From a virus (taxonomy: Duplodnaviria; Caudoviricetes): a stretch of 64,000 nt of DNA. Both the position numbers and the translations under genes were made by a program. The stretch spans positions 25,940 through 89,939 of IMG/VR virus record IMGVR_UViG_2906128962_000004, one strand, 5' to 3'. Positions within the stretch are counted from its first letter, which is position 1. Every line of letters starts with the position of its first letter. Shown here one piece after another: positions 1 through 9,687 of this stretch. The notes beneath the pieces are model-generated. The model saw only the letters and a program-made list of their open reading frames with translations, made no database searches and had not been told where the DNA came from.

Positions 1-2
1 CG

Positions 3-1013
3 TTAATTGGTGCCGTCATAAATCACCCCTAACAATGCTCGTGTTACATATCCAAATCGGTCTTCCTGATGGGCTGCAAGCTTAACTACTAATTTGGTAG
101 GCACGGATTCATCAAGTCCGCTTTCAGTGTTGTAGTTGTGGATCAGGACCTTCATCGGCAGCCCGGGAGTAATAGCTGAGTTGCCGGTAACCTCGATATC
201 GATTTTGGGTAAAAGGAACGTCGAAAGGTTATTGAGGGCTGTCTGATCATCAACGCTCACCATCTTTACTGGCCACGACTTATCACCGGACGTCAGGAGG
301 CCTTTAGTCGGGCTGTATGCCATAAGCCGGTATTGACGTGAGCGGATGTATTGGTCGTCATTATTAAGCTTGGCGAAGCGGTTAATGCGCAACGCTGCCT
401 TTGGGTTATTCGCTTCATACGTTAGTGCCGGTGACTGCCTGGATAACGTGGCCATGCTTTTAACGTTAATCGAACCACGACACACCCAACAAAGGGCACC
501 GGCTTCCTGAGCCATCTGCGCCAGCACTCCGCTGGGTTTTTGCCCCATGTTCAGATGATACGTACCCAGCTTTTTGAAATTGTCAGCGTTAACCGTCAGG
601 CCTGTGGCCAGAGCGCGCACGATATTAGCCGGTTGCTTCTTAACAAAAAACTGAGGCTTTGAAGCCGGAACTTTAAGTGTTTTCACCTTTTCACTGAAAG
701 CAATAATCGTGACGATATCCGCCGACTGGGGGGCTTTCAGGACCTCAAATGTATCGGTCCATGTTGTGTTGCCTATGCCCTGTGGATCACCAAAGCTACA
801 GGTAAGAATCGTGCCTTTTTTAACGCCTAATTGATCTACTACGTAACTGGAATTATCGCGAACCTCCAGCTGCAATTGCGGACCGGTCAGATCGGCTACC
901 TCAATGTAAAGGCAGCGCGCAATCATGGAGCGGGGGATTTCCGTCTTCCCAATCTTTACTGTCTGTAGGAAGAGTTGGGAACGTTTCTCTGATGAATTGC
1001 TATTAGCGGCCAT
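3..1013 (-). CDS. P1 gp6-like tail/baseplate protein
   Basis: 336 aa; QLFLQTVKIGKTEIPRSMI and TYHLNMGQKP segments match remembered P1 gp6; synteny 6-24-7-25-26. Confidence 0.8.
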   Translation of the reverse strand: MAANSNSSEKRSQLFLQTVKIGKTEIPRSMIARCLYIEVADLTGPQLQLEVRDNSSYVVDQLGVKKGTILTCSFGDPQGIGNTTWTDTFEVLKAPQSADIVTIIAFSEKVKTLKVPASKPQFFVKKQPANIVRALATGLTVNADNFKKLGTYHLNMGQKPSGVLAQMAQEAGALCWVCRGSINVKSMATLSRQSPALTYEANNPKAALRINRFAKLNNDDQYIRSRQYRLMAYSPTKGLLTSGDKSWPVKMVSVDDQTALNNLSTFLLPKIDIEVTGNSAITPGLPMKVLIHNYNTESGLDESVPTKLVVKLAAHQEDRFGYVTRALLGVIYDGTN

Positions 1014-1818
1014 TGGTCACCCTACCTGATTCAGGCATTACGCCAGAATCATTACCAGAGAGGACATCGATGGTTTGCGATAAAGGCGTACCTTTCCACG
1101 CGGAGTAGAGCGGGGCGATAACAGTGAAGGATATCGCCGAGGCGAACACCCTGTTAGATGCCAGCGGTAACGATAGATTGTCGACAATGGCTGACTTGGG
1201 ATCGCGTATCAGGCAATTCAGCTGCAACGCAGCTCCCGCAAGCACGGTCTGGAAGGTGAAATTTGTATTCCCAAAGTTGGAGAACTGGCGGAACCAGGAC
1301 GCATAAATACCGGTTAACGCGTTTAGGACCTCTTTTTCGTTGGCTAAAACCATCAGAGAGTATGAGATCTCTATGGGGGTGTTGCTTAGTAGGGCTGTAG
1401 GCTTCCCATCGTTATCGGTGATATACCCGGCATCATATTCATCTGTCACTATGGTGTTGTCGTGTAACTGGAATCCCGGCGTTCGCCCCAGGTTCAGTAC
1501 TGGCAGGGAATTGGTATTCACTTCCGGTCGATTCGGGTTGAAGCGACGACCGGCACCCGCAGAACGGTATGCACGGAGAAACGCTTCCACATCATCAAAT
1601 TCACCAAATTTAAGCTGATCGCTCTTCTTCCGGGACAGAAATTCGACAAGAGGCTTGGACCACGGCCGTGTGTCTGTTACTTCAATGTCTTCCAGTGCCG
1701 ATAAGAGCGCATTACCCAGACCGGCATCCACATCGCTGGTGGATGAGAGCTCACGCTTACCCGTGGGCGCCAACATAGCCTTCTTGAAGCGCATCAATAA
1801 TTTGTCGTTATTCACCAT
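1003..1818 (-). CDS. P1 gp24-like baseplate/tail stability protein
   Basis: Likely start MVNNDKLLMRFKKAMLAPTGK resembles P1 gp24; synteny. Confidence 0.75.
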   Translation of the reverse strand: MVNNDKLLMRFKKAMLAPTGKRELSSTSDVDAGLGNALLSALEDIEVTDTRPWSKPLVEFLSRKKSDQLKFGEFDDVEAFLRAYRSAGAGRRFNPNRPEVNTNSLPVLNLGRTPGFQLHDNTIVTDEYDAGYITDNDGKPTALLSNTPIEISYSLMVLANEKEVLNALTGIYASWFRQFSNFGNTNFTFQTVLAGAALQLNCLIRDPKSAIVDNLSLPLASNRVFASAISFTVIAPLYSAWKGTPLSQTIDVLSGNDSGVMPESGRVTNGR

Positions 1819-2566
1819 CAGATACGGATTCCTCAAACGTGCGGCATGGTATACAGACGAAGAGCGTGCCCACGGCCGCTGTACCATAGTTAAATTTGCG
1901 GTGAACGTACCACCAGCGCCGGGTCATTTCTCCGGATGCCAGTTCCTCATTCCATTCGAGAATCGAACCTATCGAGATATCAAGGGCGGCCACACGGAGT
2001 ATCAAAGAGTCTTCCTGATAGCCGGTGTTGTCGTCCTCTTCGTTCATGCTCAGAAAGCTGTCCATTTCGTCCGGGCAGTCCAGGACTTTCACGATTTCAG
2101 GCTCGCCGTAGGAGAGCGTTTCCTGGTTTGGATCAAGGCGTTCTGCCTGCATTACCTCAAAACCTTCATCATCAATAGGCGCGTCTATAGAGTTAGCGCG
2201 ATACAGGAGCGCGTCGAACGACAATGGATCATTGATGATGGCTAAAGCCCACGCTTCGCGGTAAAGGTCGTTGAAACTCTTGTGGCCAAGAAATCGAGCG
2301 CGCATATCACTGTTAGCAGGACGGGAAAGCATTGCAGCAGTAATTGAGACAGGCGCTTCAGTAGGCTCTTTGGTTTCGTTGGGTAATTCATGTTTTCCAG
2401 ATGGCTCATCTATAGGGTCCGCTACCGGTTCCAACGTCTCAAACGTGGTAGAGGTTGGGCTTTGAACTGCTACAGTATCAACAGGAGAAGGGACGCCATC
2501 AGGAACGCCACCAGCCACTTTGATATCGTCGTTGTTATCGATGAGATCGTCATAAAAACCTGCCAT
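1808..2566 (-). CDS. P1 gp7-like tail stability protein
   Basis: MAGFYDD start, LDCPDEMD and RWWYVHRKFNYGTA motifs match P1 gp7. Confidence 0.8.
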   Translation of the reverse strand: MAGFYDDLIDNNDDIKVAGGVPDGVPSPVDTVAVQSPTSTTFETLEPVADPIDEPSGKHELPNETKEPTEAPVSITAAMLSRPANSDMRARFLGHKSFNDLYREAWALAIINDPLSFDALLYRANSIDAPIDDEGFEVMQAERLDPNQETLSYGEPEIVKVLDCPDEMDSFLSMNEEDDNTGYQEDSLILRVAALDISIGSILEWNEELASGEMTRRWWYVHRKFNYGTAAVGTLFVCIPCRTFEESVSDGE

Positions 2567-3777
2567 TATTGTTTACCTTGTTGGGAGGCGAGCCATTTCT
2601 TGAATGCTGTCTCTGCCTGTTGATCGGTCATGCCGGTTATCTTCATGGCCTGAATGAAGCCTTGTTTCTTCAGCTTCAGTTGCTCCTGTAATTGAGCCTT
2701 CATCGCTTCCTGCTGCTTTTTCAGCAGCGCGTTCTCTGCCCGGGCGGTTTTAAGCTCTGCTGCTTTGCGCTTAAGTGAGTTACGCGCGGTGGAGGCCTGT
2801 TTTCTCAGCCTATCGATCTTGTCTTTCTCGGTTCGTTGTACCTTGGCTAACCCGCGTTGGGCGGCCTGGTATTTTTCGAACTCGCGGCGGATCTTCGTCT
2901 GGTCTGTTTGATCAGAGCGGTTACGGGCTAAAGCTTTCAGTTCTTTGTCGGTAAAAACCTTTGTCGTGCGTTTCTTGTCATCGCCAAAAGCTACTTGCTC
3001 AGCAGCTTTCTTCATCTGTGTGCCCAGCTGGCGTTGCCAGGTAGACGACTGAAAACGGGTCATGACATGGAGGACGTGCTTGCAGGCTGCGCCGACGAGA
3101 TCAGGGTTGCGTATTTTGGGAAAGGCATACTCAGCTGGTGGCTTCAGCGCGTAGTTACCGGCTGTGGCCATGTAACGGAACCAATACTGATGGCGCCCGC
3201 AATCACAGTCGAAAGATACGCGACCTTTAGCGAGGTTTTTTGCCAGCGTGGCCAGACTTACTTTTTCATCGCCGACGTCTTCAACGTATCGGTCCCATTC
3301 TTCAAAGCGCACTCGCACCAGGTGGTTATCGTCGACCGACGCATCAGATGCTGTAACCTTCACATCGGCGATGTTATGGCGTATGCGTATAAACAGCGCC
3401 GACTTAATGCCGGTGCCATCATCTACCTTGTTGTTGGCGCGCTTAACATCGATCTGAGTCGACATGGCCACCAGCTGAGCGTAGGTAATGCCCGCCTGAT
3501 CACTGCTGAACTTCGTGCGATGGCCAGCGCGTTTTTCGATGAATTGCTTTAAGTCTTCAGGAGTAAAGAATGTGCCGTCTTTCTTCTTGCCGAGCTTAAG
3601 AATCTCATCGACGCTTTTATTACGCAGTCCTGCAGGCGTAAGCGTGCGGTGTGCGCCTCTACGGCTTGCGCGCTGACCTTTACGGATTTTGTTGAAGACC
3701 TTAAGGAAGTCAGTTGCAGAAAGGCCATGTGTGGCGTAGCGGCCATTCTCTTTTTTCTCAAAACCGGTAGAGGGCAT
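2566..3777 (-). CDS. P1 gp25-like tail stability protein
   Basis: GITYAQLVA, GRVSFDCDCGRHQYW and ACKHVLH (SWIM-like Zn motif) match P1 gp25. Confidence 0.85.
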   Translation of the reverse strand: MPSTGFEKKENGRYATHGLSATDFLKVFNKIRKGQRASRRGAHRTLTPAGLRNKSVDEILKLGKKKDGTFFTPEDLKQFIEKRAGHRTKFSSDQAGITYAQLVAMSTQIDVKRANNKVDDGTGIKSALFIRIRHNIADVKVTASDASVDDNHLVRVRFEEWDRYVEDVGDEKVSLATLAKNLAKGRVSFDCDCGRHQYWFRYMATAGNYALKPPAEYAFPKIRNPDLVGAACKHVLHVMTRFQSSTWQRQLGTQMKKAAEQVAFGDDKKRTTKVFTDKELKALARNRSDQTDQTKIRREFEKYQAAQRGLAKVQRTEKDKIDRLRKQASTARNSLKRKAAELKTARAENALLKKQQEAMKAQLQEQLKLKKQGFIQAMKITGMTDQQAETAFKKWLASQQGKQ

Positions 3778-3778
3778 A

Positions 3779-4120
3779 TCAGTTGCTCTGTATGGTGCCG
3801 TCTAATTCCGGCAAGCTGGTGGAATAGATGTTTATTTGCTCGCGTATCCACGCCAACTCCGGGAGGAATAGGGCTTTGCCCACTGGTAGCGCTTCGCTTT
3901 CATCCTCTTGGCCACAGACACGGGTAATAACCCAACGCAGCTCGTCGGTGCCCCATACACGCTGAGCAATGAGGTCAGGGCGATATATCTCGTCCTGAGT
4001 AATGTCGTGGGGGATCAGGTCTGAATCGTAGCTGTTACACTTGGCTACTACGGCCTGGTGCATGTACGCGCGGATGATTGGATCGGATACGTTACGATCA
4101 TCGAGTCGTGAGATGCTCAC
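3779..4120 (-). CDS. P1 gp26-like baseplate protein (LysM-like)
   Basis: SRLDDRNVSDPIIRA and YRPDLIAQRVWG motifs match P1 gp26. Confidence 0.8.
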   Translation of the reverse strand: MSISRLDDRNVSDPIIRAYMHQAVVAKCNSYDSDLIPHDITQDEIYRPDLIAQRVWGTDELRWVITRVCGQEDESEALPVGKALFLPELAWIREQINIYSTSLPELDGTIQSN

Positions 4121-4764
4121 AGGTATCTTCCTTTGCCCGTGAGCGGACTCATAGTGACTGATTTAATTGCTTCAGCTTCGGTTGCGCGAACAATTTTACG
4201 CAGGGGGTCTAAAGGGTCCGGGGGCAGTTCAACCGTCAACGAGCTGTACATTTGCTCTATGTAGGAAGCGCTGGCCACGTTCTGATAGATCGTACCGTAT
4301 ACGCAAAGCAGCATTAGAAGGTGTTCGCTTTTAAGGCGTTCCCAGTCAATGCGATACACGGCTTGACCGCGGGTATCATGCTCTACATCGATAATGTTGT
4401 CCGGGATGGTATAACGCTGGCCAGCTCCGGTGGTTTTGGGGCGGATGATGGCCTTCTGCAGCGAGAGCTCTCGATAGAGGTCCAGTGACTCGACCAGAAT
4501 TGGCTTTCCGCTCGTTCCTGGGGCAGCAAACTGGATATGCTTTCCGCCGGTCGCGCTGAAGAAACCGCTGCGTTCGTCCACCAGCACGTCATCGCCGTTT
4601 TTCTCAATCTTGCGAATGATGTTGGGAAGGACGTCAAGCAACCCCTTACGATCTGCTGGAAGGGTTTGTTCTGATAACAGGGTGAGGTTTCCCTTATGCC
4701 AGACAGCCTCCACCAGCATTGGCTTGGAAGTGGAAAGGGTGATGGCACATATGGCCTTATCCAT
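4117..4764 (-). CDS. mat: Particle maturation protein Mat-like
   Basis: YRELSLQK and IPDNIIDVEH...VYRIDW...HLLMLLCVYGTIYQNVASASYIEQM align with P1 Mat. Confidence 0.75.
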   Translation of the reverse strand: MDKAICAITLSTSKPMLVEAVWHKGNLTLLSEQTLPADRKGLLDVLPNIIRKIEKNGDDVLVDERSGFFSATGGKHIQFAAPGTSGKPILVESLDLYRELSLQKAIIRPKTTGAGQRYTIPDNIIDVEHDTRGQAVYRIDWERLKSEHLLMLLCVYGTIYQNVASASYIEQMYSSLTVELPPDPLDPLRKIVRATEAEAIKSVTMSPLTGKGRYL

Positions 4765-4800
4765 AGTAGGACTCCGCTGGTAATGAAGTCTCTATAGTAT

Positions 4801-4817
4801 AATTAGTACTTTCTGTA
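4801..4817 (+). promoter_or_regulatory. Putative C1-type repressor operator upstream of mat
   Basis: AATTAGTACTTTCTGTA, copy of recurring 17-mer. Confidence 0.65.
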
Positions 4818-4989
4818 AGGAAGGGCGAAATCTGGACAAGAAAAAGGCCGGTATAAAACCAGCCTTGAGGGATTGGGTAAACCTTAACTATTGCAATGCG
4901 AGGCAGCTACCATCATAGCTTCCATATGACGATAGAACCAGTAACGCTTTCTGTTTATGTTGTGTTTTCTTTTCAAAATAAGCTCACAA

Positions 4990-5634
4990 TTAGTTTTTTA
5001 AACGTTCAATTCCCGCACGTCTGTAAGACTCAGCCAGCAGATCAAGCTGAGTACCATTCGCTTTCTCGAATTCCGCGGGACCGCCAACATTGCCATCTGC
5101 ATGCACTGGTAATAACCAAGGGTATTGCTCCCGTATATCAGCCGGTGCTGCGTGCTGGTGGTGGAAATTACACAATGGCAAAACGTGAGCGTGGGCGTCA
5201 GGTGCTGTTCGGCCATCAATATGGTGCAAACTGATCAGCGGCGAAACTTTCCCATGTATCAGGCATGCAATACATGGTAAGGCTCCTAGCTTATCCATGA
5301 TGCGGCGTTCAGCAGCGGTTGGTGTACGTCCCTTATTGCCACGGGACTTTATAGCCTTACGTGGCTTAGTGGATGTGTTGAGTACCGTACTTCGTTTGCG
5401 CGCAATAATCTCTCTGCGTTTCTCCCAATATTCTGGAGACTGTAACTGAAGGAGCCTCTTCTCGCGTTGGCGTTCCTGCGCCTCGCGAGCTTTATCAACC
5501 TGCTTTTGGCGATACTCAGGGTCCGCGAGTTTTTCTGCATTGCGGGCTCTTTGCCGCTCAACGGCGGCACGCTGGCGGGCGAATAGTTTCTCCCGGGCTT
5601 CCTGAGTTAATTCCATTAGATTTGGCCCAGCCAT
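4990..5634 (-). CDS. ref: Recombination enhancement nuclease Ref (RecA-dependent HNH)
   Basis: GRTPTAAERRI...LPCIAC...SLHHIDGRTAP...LPLCNFHHQHAAP closely matches P1 Ref; basic N-terminal tail. Confidence 0.92.
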   Translation of the reverse strand: MAGPNLMELTQEAREKLFARQRAAVERQRARNAEKLADPEYRQKQVDKAREAQERQREKRLLQLQSPEYWEKRREIIARKRSTVLNTSTKPRKAIKSRGNKGRTPTAAERRIMDKLGALPCIACLIHGKVSPLISLHHIDGRTAPDAHAHVLPLCNFHHQHAAPADIREQYPWLLPVHADGNVGGPAEFEKANGTQLDLLAESYRRAGIERLKN

Positions 5635-5861
5635 TTATAGCGTTCGGCCACTTCGGCCGGGTTCATTTTCCCTGTACCCAGGAGAGCCAGGGAAATGTAC
5701 AGCGATCGGAAGTGGCGGCGGGCACGCATTCCAGCAGTTATATAACCGCCCGGTTGAGCTGCTGCCAGCTGGGCTATGTTTGCTGCTGTCACTGTACGGG
5801 TGCAGTATTCATTGAATACAGCCACGGCGACGCGGGTAGGGTATTGCAGTGGATTGTTCAT
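5616..5861 (-). CDS. Hypothetical protein
   Basis: 81-aa ORF with GGAG RBS, co-directional in operon. Confidence 0.6.
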   Translation of the reverse strand: MNNPLQYPTRVAVAVFNEYCTRTVTAANIAQLAAAQPGGYITAGMRARRHFRSLYISLALLGTGKMNPAEVAERYKWLGQI

Positions 5862-5870
5862 GTATTCTCC

Positions 5871-6047
5871 TTATCGGTGTTTAGGACGGCGCTTTGATTT
5901 AATCCGGCGCTTCAGGCCAGCCCGGATAGCTGCTTTGATGAGTTCCAGAGTGCTAAGCGCAAGGATCACGGTCACAGATAACTTGAGCGCAATCAGCCAC
6001 CCAGCAAACGAATAGTCGAGAGCGATGTTGATGTAGTGATCAATCAT
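5871..6047 (-). CDS. Small membrane protein, 58 aa (not in ORF track)
   Basis: Manually translated MIDHYINIALDYSFAGWLIALKLSVTVILALSTLELIKAAIRAGLKRRIKSKRRPKHR; ATGA overlap with upstream stop. Confidence 0.6.
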   Translation of the reverse strand: MIDHYINIALDYSFAGWLIALKLSVTVILALSTLELIKAAIRAGLKRRIKSKRRPKHR

Positions 6048-6562
6048 GATGAGTAATAGAGTGATGGTTCAGTAGGGGGATACCAGCCGATGCCGTGCTC
6101 AGCAGAGCTGATGATGCGCCAGCGAATAGCGTCATTCACAACTGTTTTAGCGACGTAATACTCCTTCGCCAATTGAGTGCTGGCCATCGCAGTAACAGTT
6201 TTAAGGTCGATTACCGCGGGTTTATCACCGTAAGCAGGGACGCACGCAGCGCGAAGGATCTCTCGACTGCGAAACCAACATTGTCCCAGGTGCTCTTCGG
6301 GTAAGTTAAATGTGAATCCATGGCCAGCCGGTGCTGTCTGGATATGGTTTTGTTTGGCCAGAGAATGAAGGCGAGCTGTCGACAGCCCCGGGAGAATAGC
6401 GGAACGCTCCGCTGATGAAATCCGTATGGCTTTATCCATCCAGTAGCCATCATCCGGGGTGAGCGTATAGCCTCCATCGACCATTAAGAGAGCCTCCCGT
6501 GGAAGCCGCTTAATGGTGGCGCTGAAAATTGCGGTGATGATCTTGTCGTCGGTCAGTCTCAT
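6044..6562 (-). CDS. Hypothetical phage protein
   Basis: 172-aa ORF downstream of operator at 6594. Confidence 0.65.
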   Translation of the reverse strand: MRLTDDKIITAIFSATIKRLPREALLMVDGGYTLTPDDGYWMDKAIRISSAERSAILPGLSTARLHSLAKQNHIQTAPAGHGFTFNLPEEHLGQCWFRSREILRAACVPAYGDKPAVIDLKTVTAMASTQLAKEYYVAKTVVNDAIRWRIISSAEHGIGWYPPTEPSLYYSS

Positions 6563-6593
6563 GTTCGTAATAATGACACATTAAAAAATAAAT

Positions 6594-6610
6594 AATTAGT
6601 ATTATCTGTG
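6594..6610 (+). promoter_or_regulatory. Putative C1-type operator
   Basis: AATTAGTATTATCTGTG. Confidence 0.7.
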
Positions 6611-6781
6611 TTGCGGCGGGGTATTTGCCTTGAAAATGCGCGAGTTATTGGGATTTGAATTGCATTGCCTGTCTGGCATTAGTGCATTAACATCTGCTGG
6701 TGCTTTTAGAAATAGTGATTGATTGATAAGAGCATGCAGCCCCTGGTTCGCCGGGGGCTGTTCATTTCAAGCCAGGTCCCT

Positions 6782-7435
6782 CTAATACACGTTCTTATTC
6801 CAGTTTTCGCACATATAATTACTGCATCCGTCAAAATCATACGGGTTAAGTTGCCAGCTTATCCGACCGCAACACGGGCAATTCCAGCGAGTTTTACCGG
6901 TTGATGTGCGATCTCGTCGTTTCTGACGTTTCAGCCAGTCAGGCTGACGTAACCCGCGGGCCTGAATCATTTTCCGCCGGTCGAGCCGGTTTATGCAGAA
7001 CGTGCGCCGTTTAACTTTGTTGGCCAGATGATATGGGAGCCAAATTAGCCCTTCGCTGGTGGTGACGGCGAAGGGATGAATATAGGCTTTCGTGAAATCT
7101 GTTGTAGGCAGCTCGGTACCGGCAAGCCAGTAAACGTCGTTGCCATCCCATTCTCCTTTCACGTATGCCACGTATTGCGTGCAACCTGGTTCTATTAGCG
7201 ATTCGCCCGGCAGTTGCTGGCAGTCGACATGCCATATGGCCAGTTCATCGACACAATCGGCCGCAACCGGCAGATCGATCGGACGGCCCTTATTCCAGCG
7301 TTCTTGCGCCTCTTGCAGTGTGTAAACATGTGCGGCATCGATGTTGCTGCTGTAGCCATTTCCGTTCCGGCAATGAAAAGAGGCGTTAGTGCCAACTGTT
7401 TCTCGTAGGCAAAGCATATAAAAGCGATCATTCAT
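6782..7435 (-). CDS. Hypothetical phage protein with C-terminal Cys cluster
   Basis: 217 aa; internally repeated xGN(A/D)xF/YW segments, CPCC..C..C tail. Confidence 0.7.
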   Translation of the reverse strand: MNDRFYMLCLRETVGTNASFHCRNGNGYSSNIDAAHVYTLQEAQERWNKGRPIDLPVAADCVDELAIWHVDCQQLPGESLIEPGCTQYVAYVKGEWDGNDVYWLAGTELPTTDFTKAYIHPFAVTTSEGLIWLPYHLANKVKRRTFCINRLDRRKMIQARGLRQPDWLKRQKRRDRTSTGKTRWNCPCCGRISWQLNPYDFDGCSNYMCENWNKNVY

Positions 7436-7785
7436 TTTCGGCCACCAGCGTTTCTTTGTGTTCGATTAACATGACTATTCCTTTCAAGTTTTGCGTAGGC
7501 GATGGATGCCTCAGCATCAGAGGCTCCGAATACACGATTAACACCGGCTATGACGTTCTCTTCTGAGCGGCTCAGGCGTGAAAGAATGCTGCGACATACG
7601 AAGTGATCAGCGTGCGTAATGTATGCGTCAGCTGCCTTCATTGAGGACATTGGTCGATCAACCTGGATAAAGTGAAGAGGGTTCTGGGCACCATAGTTCA
7701 GTGTGCAAGCTACCACCGGCGTTCCGTCGCGTAGCCCACTTTGCAGGTGGACGTGAACGCCATTAATCAGCATTGATTTTTTCAT
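7432..7785 (-). CDS. Hypothetical protein
   Basis: 117 aa, overlapping-stop coupling to next gene. Confidence 0.6.
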   Translation of the reverse strand: MKKSMLINGVHVHLQSGLRDGTPVVACTLNYGAQNPLHFIQVDRPMSSMKAADAYITHADHFVCRSILSRLSRSEENVIAGVNRVFGASDAEASIAYAKLERNSHVNRTQRNAGGRK

Positions 7786-7814
7786 TTATAAAAAATAAGC
7801 ACATAATTAGTATT

Positions 7815-8138
7815 TTACGACCAAAATAAATCCGGCCCTTGAGACGCTGCGCTATCTTCTTCCAGAATGATTTCCTGCGCCTTAAGCATCCCTACTTCAG
7901 TCAACTGATAGGTATGAACTGGCGGTGTTTCGTTGAGTGTATGTACCGTTAACAGGCATTGTTGCTCCAGCCTGGCGAGTGACTGTCGTACATTCTGTGT
8001 CCTGGCTTTCCGACCTCCATAATGTTCATCTATATACGCAGTTATAGCGAGCAGGGTCACCGGGGTAAAAACATGCTGCTCGTTATATCTGCGTCCTATG
8101 CAAGATAACGCTAACTTTTGAATTGTTGAAAGCGCCAT
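7815..8138 (-). CDS. Putative winged-helix protein downstream of cre
   Basis: 107 aa; NVRQSLARLEQQCLL...YQLTEVG pattern typical of wHTH. Confidence 0.55.
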   Translation of the reverse strand: MALSTIQKLALSCIGRRYNEQHVFTPVTLLAITAYIDEHYGGRKARTQNVRQSLARLEQQCLLTVHTLNETPPVHTYQLTEVGMLKAQEIILEEDSAASQGPDLFWS

Positions 8139-8158
8139 TGTTGCTTATCTCCTTGATC

Positions 8159-9196
8159 TTACCGCTTCATGCGTTGGCTGTTTACAATATCGAGCATCAC
8201 CGACTTATTGGCATCGATATAACGTATATAGCTCATGACCTGCTCAGGGCGTTTCCACGTGCCCTCATGCATGATCTGAGTGAGCTCTGTTCCTTTCAAT
8301 GCCATATCCTGTGCAGCGCCCACACGGGGGCTATGCCCGGTCCAAGTTCTGTAGCGGGAGGATTCAAGAGGCGCACCTTTAACGGCCTCCCAGGCTTTGG
8401 CAAATATTTTCTCTATATTTTTACCGGCCATGGGTTTTACTGCTGGGTGAGCATTGCCATAGCGATCGACCTTGCCAAAGATAAAGGTTGATTCATCCGT
8501 GAGGCCACTTGCGTTGAGCCAATTACGTAACCAACCGGCGACATCTGGCGCCAGCACTTTCACCACGCCGAGCTCGTCTTTAATTGTTTTTGTATAACCC
8601 ACATCAAGTGTGGCTGAACCATCTCGCTGAAACTGAATATCACCAATTCTTAACCGTGCAACTTCTGACATGCGTAACAGGGTGTTGTAGGCCACCCCTA
8701 AAAACGCGAGGTCGCGTAGTTGCTGCATTTTGCCGCTGGCTTGGGTAATCTCCGCCAGTTGGAAAAGATCGTCGAGATGAAGGGGGATCGCCTGTTCAAC
8801 TCGCTCGCCACTGAGGACCGCTTGCCGACTTATTTTTTTCATCCCGCGCGTCACCAGTATGTGCGATGCAGGTAGGGCCAGACCAGCCTCGCGATGGATC
8901 TTGTTAATCATTGATTTGTGCATCGCGATGGTGTTCTTTTTACGCCCAAGTGTCTCTCGCAGATAGATAAGGTACTCACGCACATCTGCAGGATCGGCCG
9001 GAAGCCACACTTTATTAAACTGCTTACACCATAACCCCCAGCTGCGGAGAACTGACTTCATTTGCGCCCAGGTGTTTTCTGATGCTGCTTCCCGATCCAC
9101 AAAGAACATGTGTAAATTTTCGGCAACCCGTTCATCGTATTTATCCGCAGTAATCAGCAGCGGGGATTCGGTCTGGTTAACCGGCAAATTAGTCAT
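8159..9196 (-). CDS. cre: Cre-like tyrosine recombinase (345 aa from likely ATG at 9196)
   Basis: AFLGVAYNTLLRMSEVARL, GYTKT, WTGHSPRVGAAQDM, W...QVMSYIR: R-K-H-R-W-Y catalytic set aligned with P1 Cre. Confidence 0.95.
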   Translation of the reverse strand: MTNLPVNQTESPLLITADKYDERVAENLHMFFVDREAASENTWAQMKSVLRSWGLWCKQFNKVWLPADPADVREYLIYLRETLGRKKNTIAMHKSMINKIHREAGLALPASHILVTRGMKKISRQAVLSGERVEQAIPLHLDDLFQLAEITQASGKMQQLRDLAFLGVAYNTLLRMSEVARLRIGDIQFQRDGSATLDVGYTKTIKDELGVVKVLAPDVAGWLRNWLNASGLTDESTFIFGKVDRYGNAHPAVKPMAGKNIEKIFAKAWEAVKGAPLESSRYRTWTGHSPRVGAAQDMALKGTELTQIMHEGTWKRPEQVMSYIRYIDANKSVMLDIVNSQRMKR

Positions 9197-9255
9197 TGGC
9201 ATATCTCTCAGGTGCACGGGTACGAGTAGTGACTCATTACGGAAAACTACCATAA

Positions 9256-9272
9256 CATTAGTATAATCTGTT
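9256..9272 (+). promoter_or_regulatory. Putative C1-type operator upstream of cre
   Basis: CATTAGTATAATCTGTT, near-match to 17-mer. Confidence 0.5.
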
Positions 9273-9456
9273 AGGTTTTTTATGAAATTTACACGGTTTT
9301 TAGGAAAACCGCTGTATTTTTCATTTTGCAGCACAATGACCGGTCAGAAATCCCAGATTTCACGTAGCGACGCCAATACCTGAGTTAAGTGTAAGGTTAT
9401 TTGTGGTGTAAAAACCGGTTCAGATGTTTTGTTAACCATGCCATTTTACATAAAAA

Positions 9457-9490
9457 CAAAGGTAATATAATGGGTGTTATATTACTTTTG
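9457..9490. other. lox-like recombination site (13-8-13)
   Basis: CAAAGGTAATATA-ATGGGTGT-TATATTACTTTTG: 13-bp inverted arms with 1 mismatch, TATA inner ends as in loxP, about 260 bp upstream of cre. Confidence 0.85.
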
Positions 9491-9579
9491 TGACTTTTTA
9501 AGGGGGGATCGAATTACGAGAGTTCGTGCTATGAAAAGCCTGTGTATTGCGCACCTTCTAAGCGGCTGCTTAATAAACG

Positions 9580-9596
9580 TACAAATCATACTTAAT
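9580..9596 (-). promoter_or_regulatory. Degenerate C1-type operator upstream of c1 operon
   Basis: Minus strand ATTAAGTATGATTTGTA. Confidence 0.4.
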
Positions 9597-9687
9597 TTCA
9601 ATGATTGCCTTTCTCTTACTTTTACCCCGGGCATCAGGATGATATACAACCCCAATTCGAAAATTTGTATGATTTTAGGAAGGATAA

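Noticed and set aside
9197-9334. 46-aa N-terminal extension of Cre in the ORF track
   Set aside because: It runs through AT-rich promoter DNA containing an operator; the ATG at 9196 gives a Cre-sized protein.
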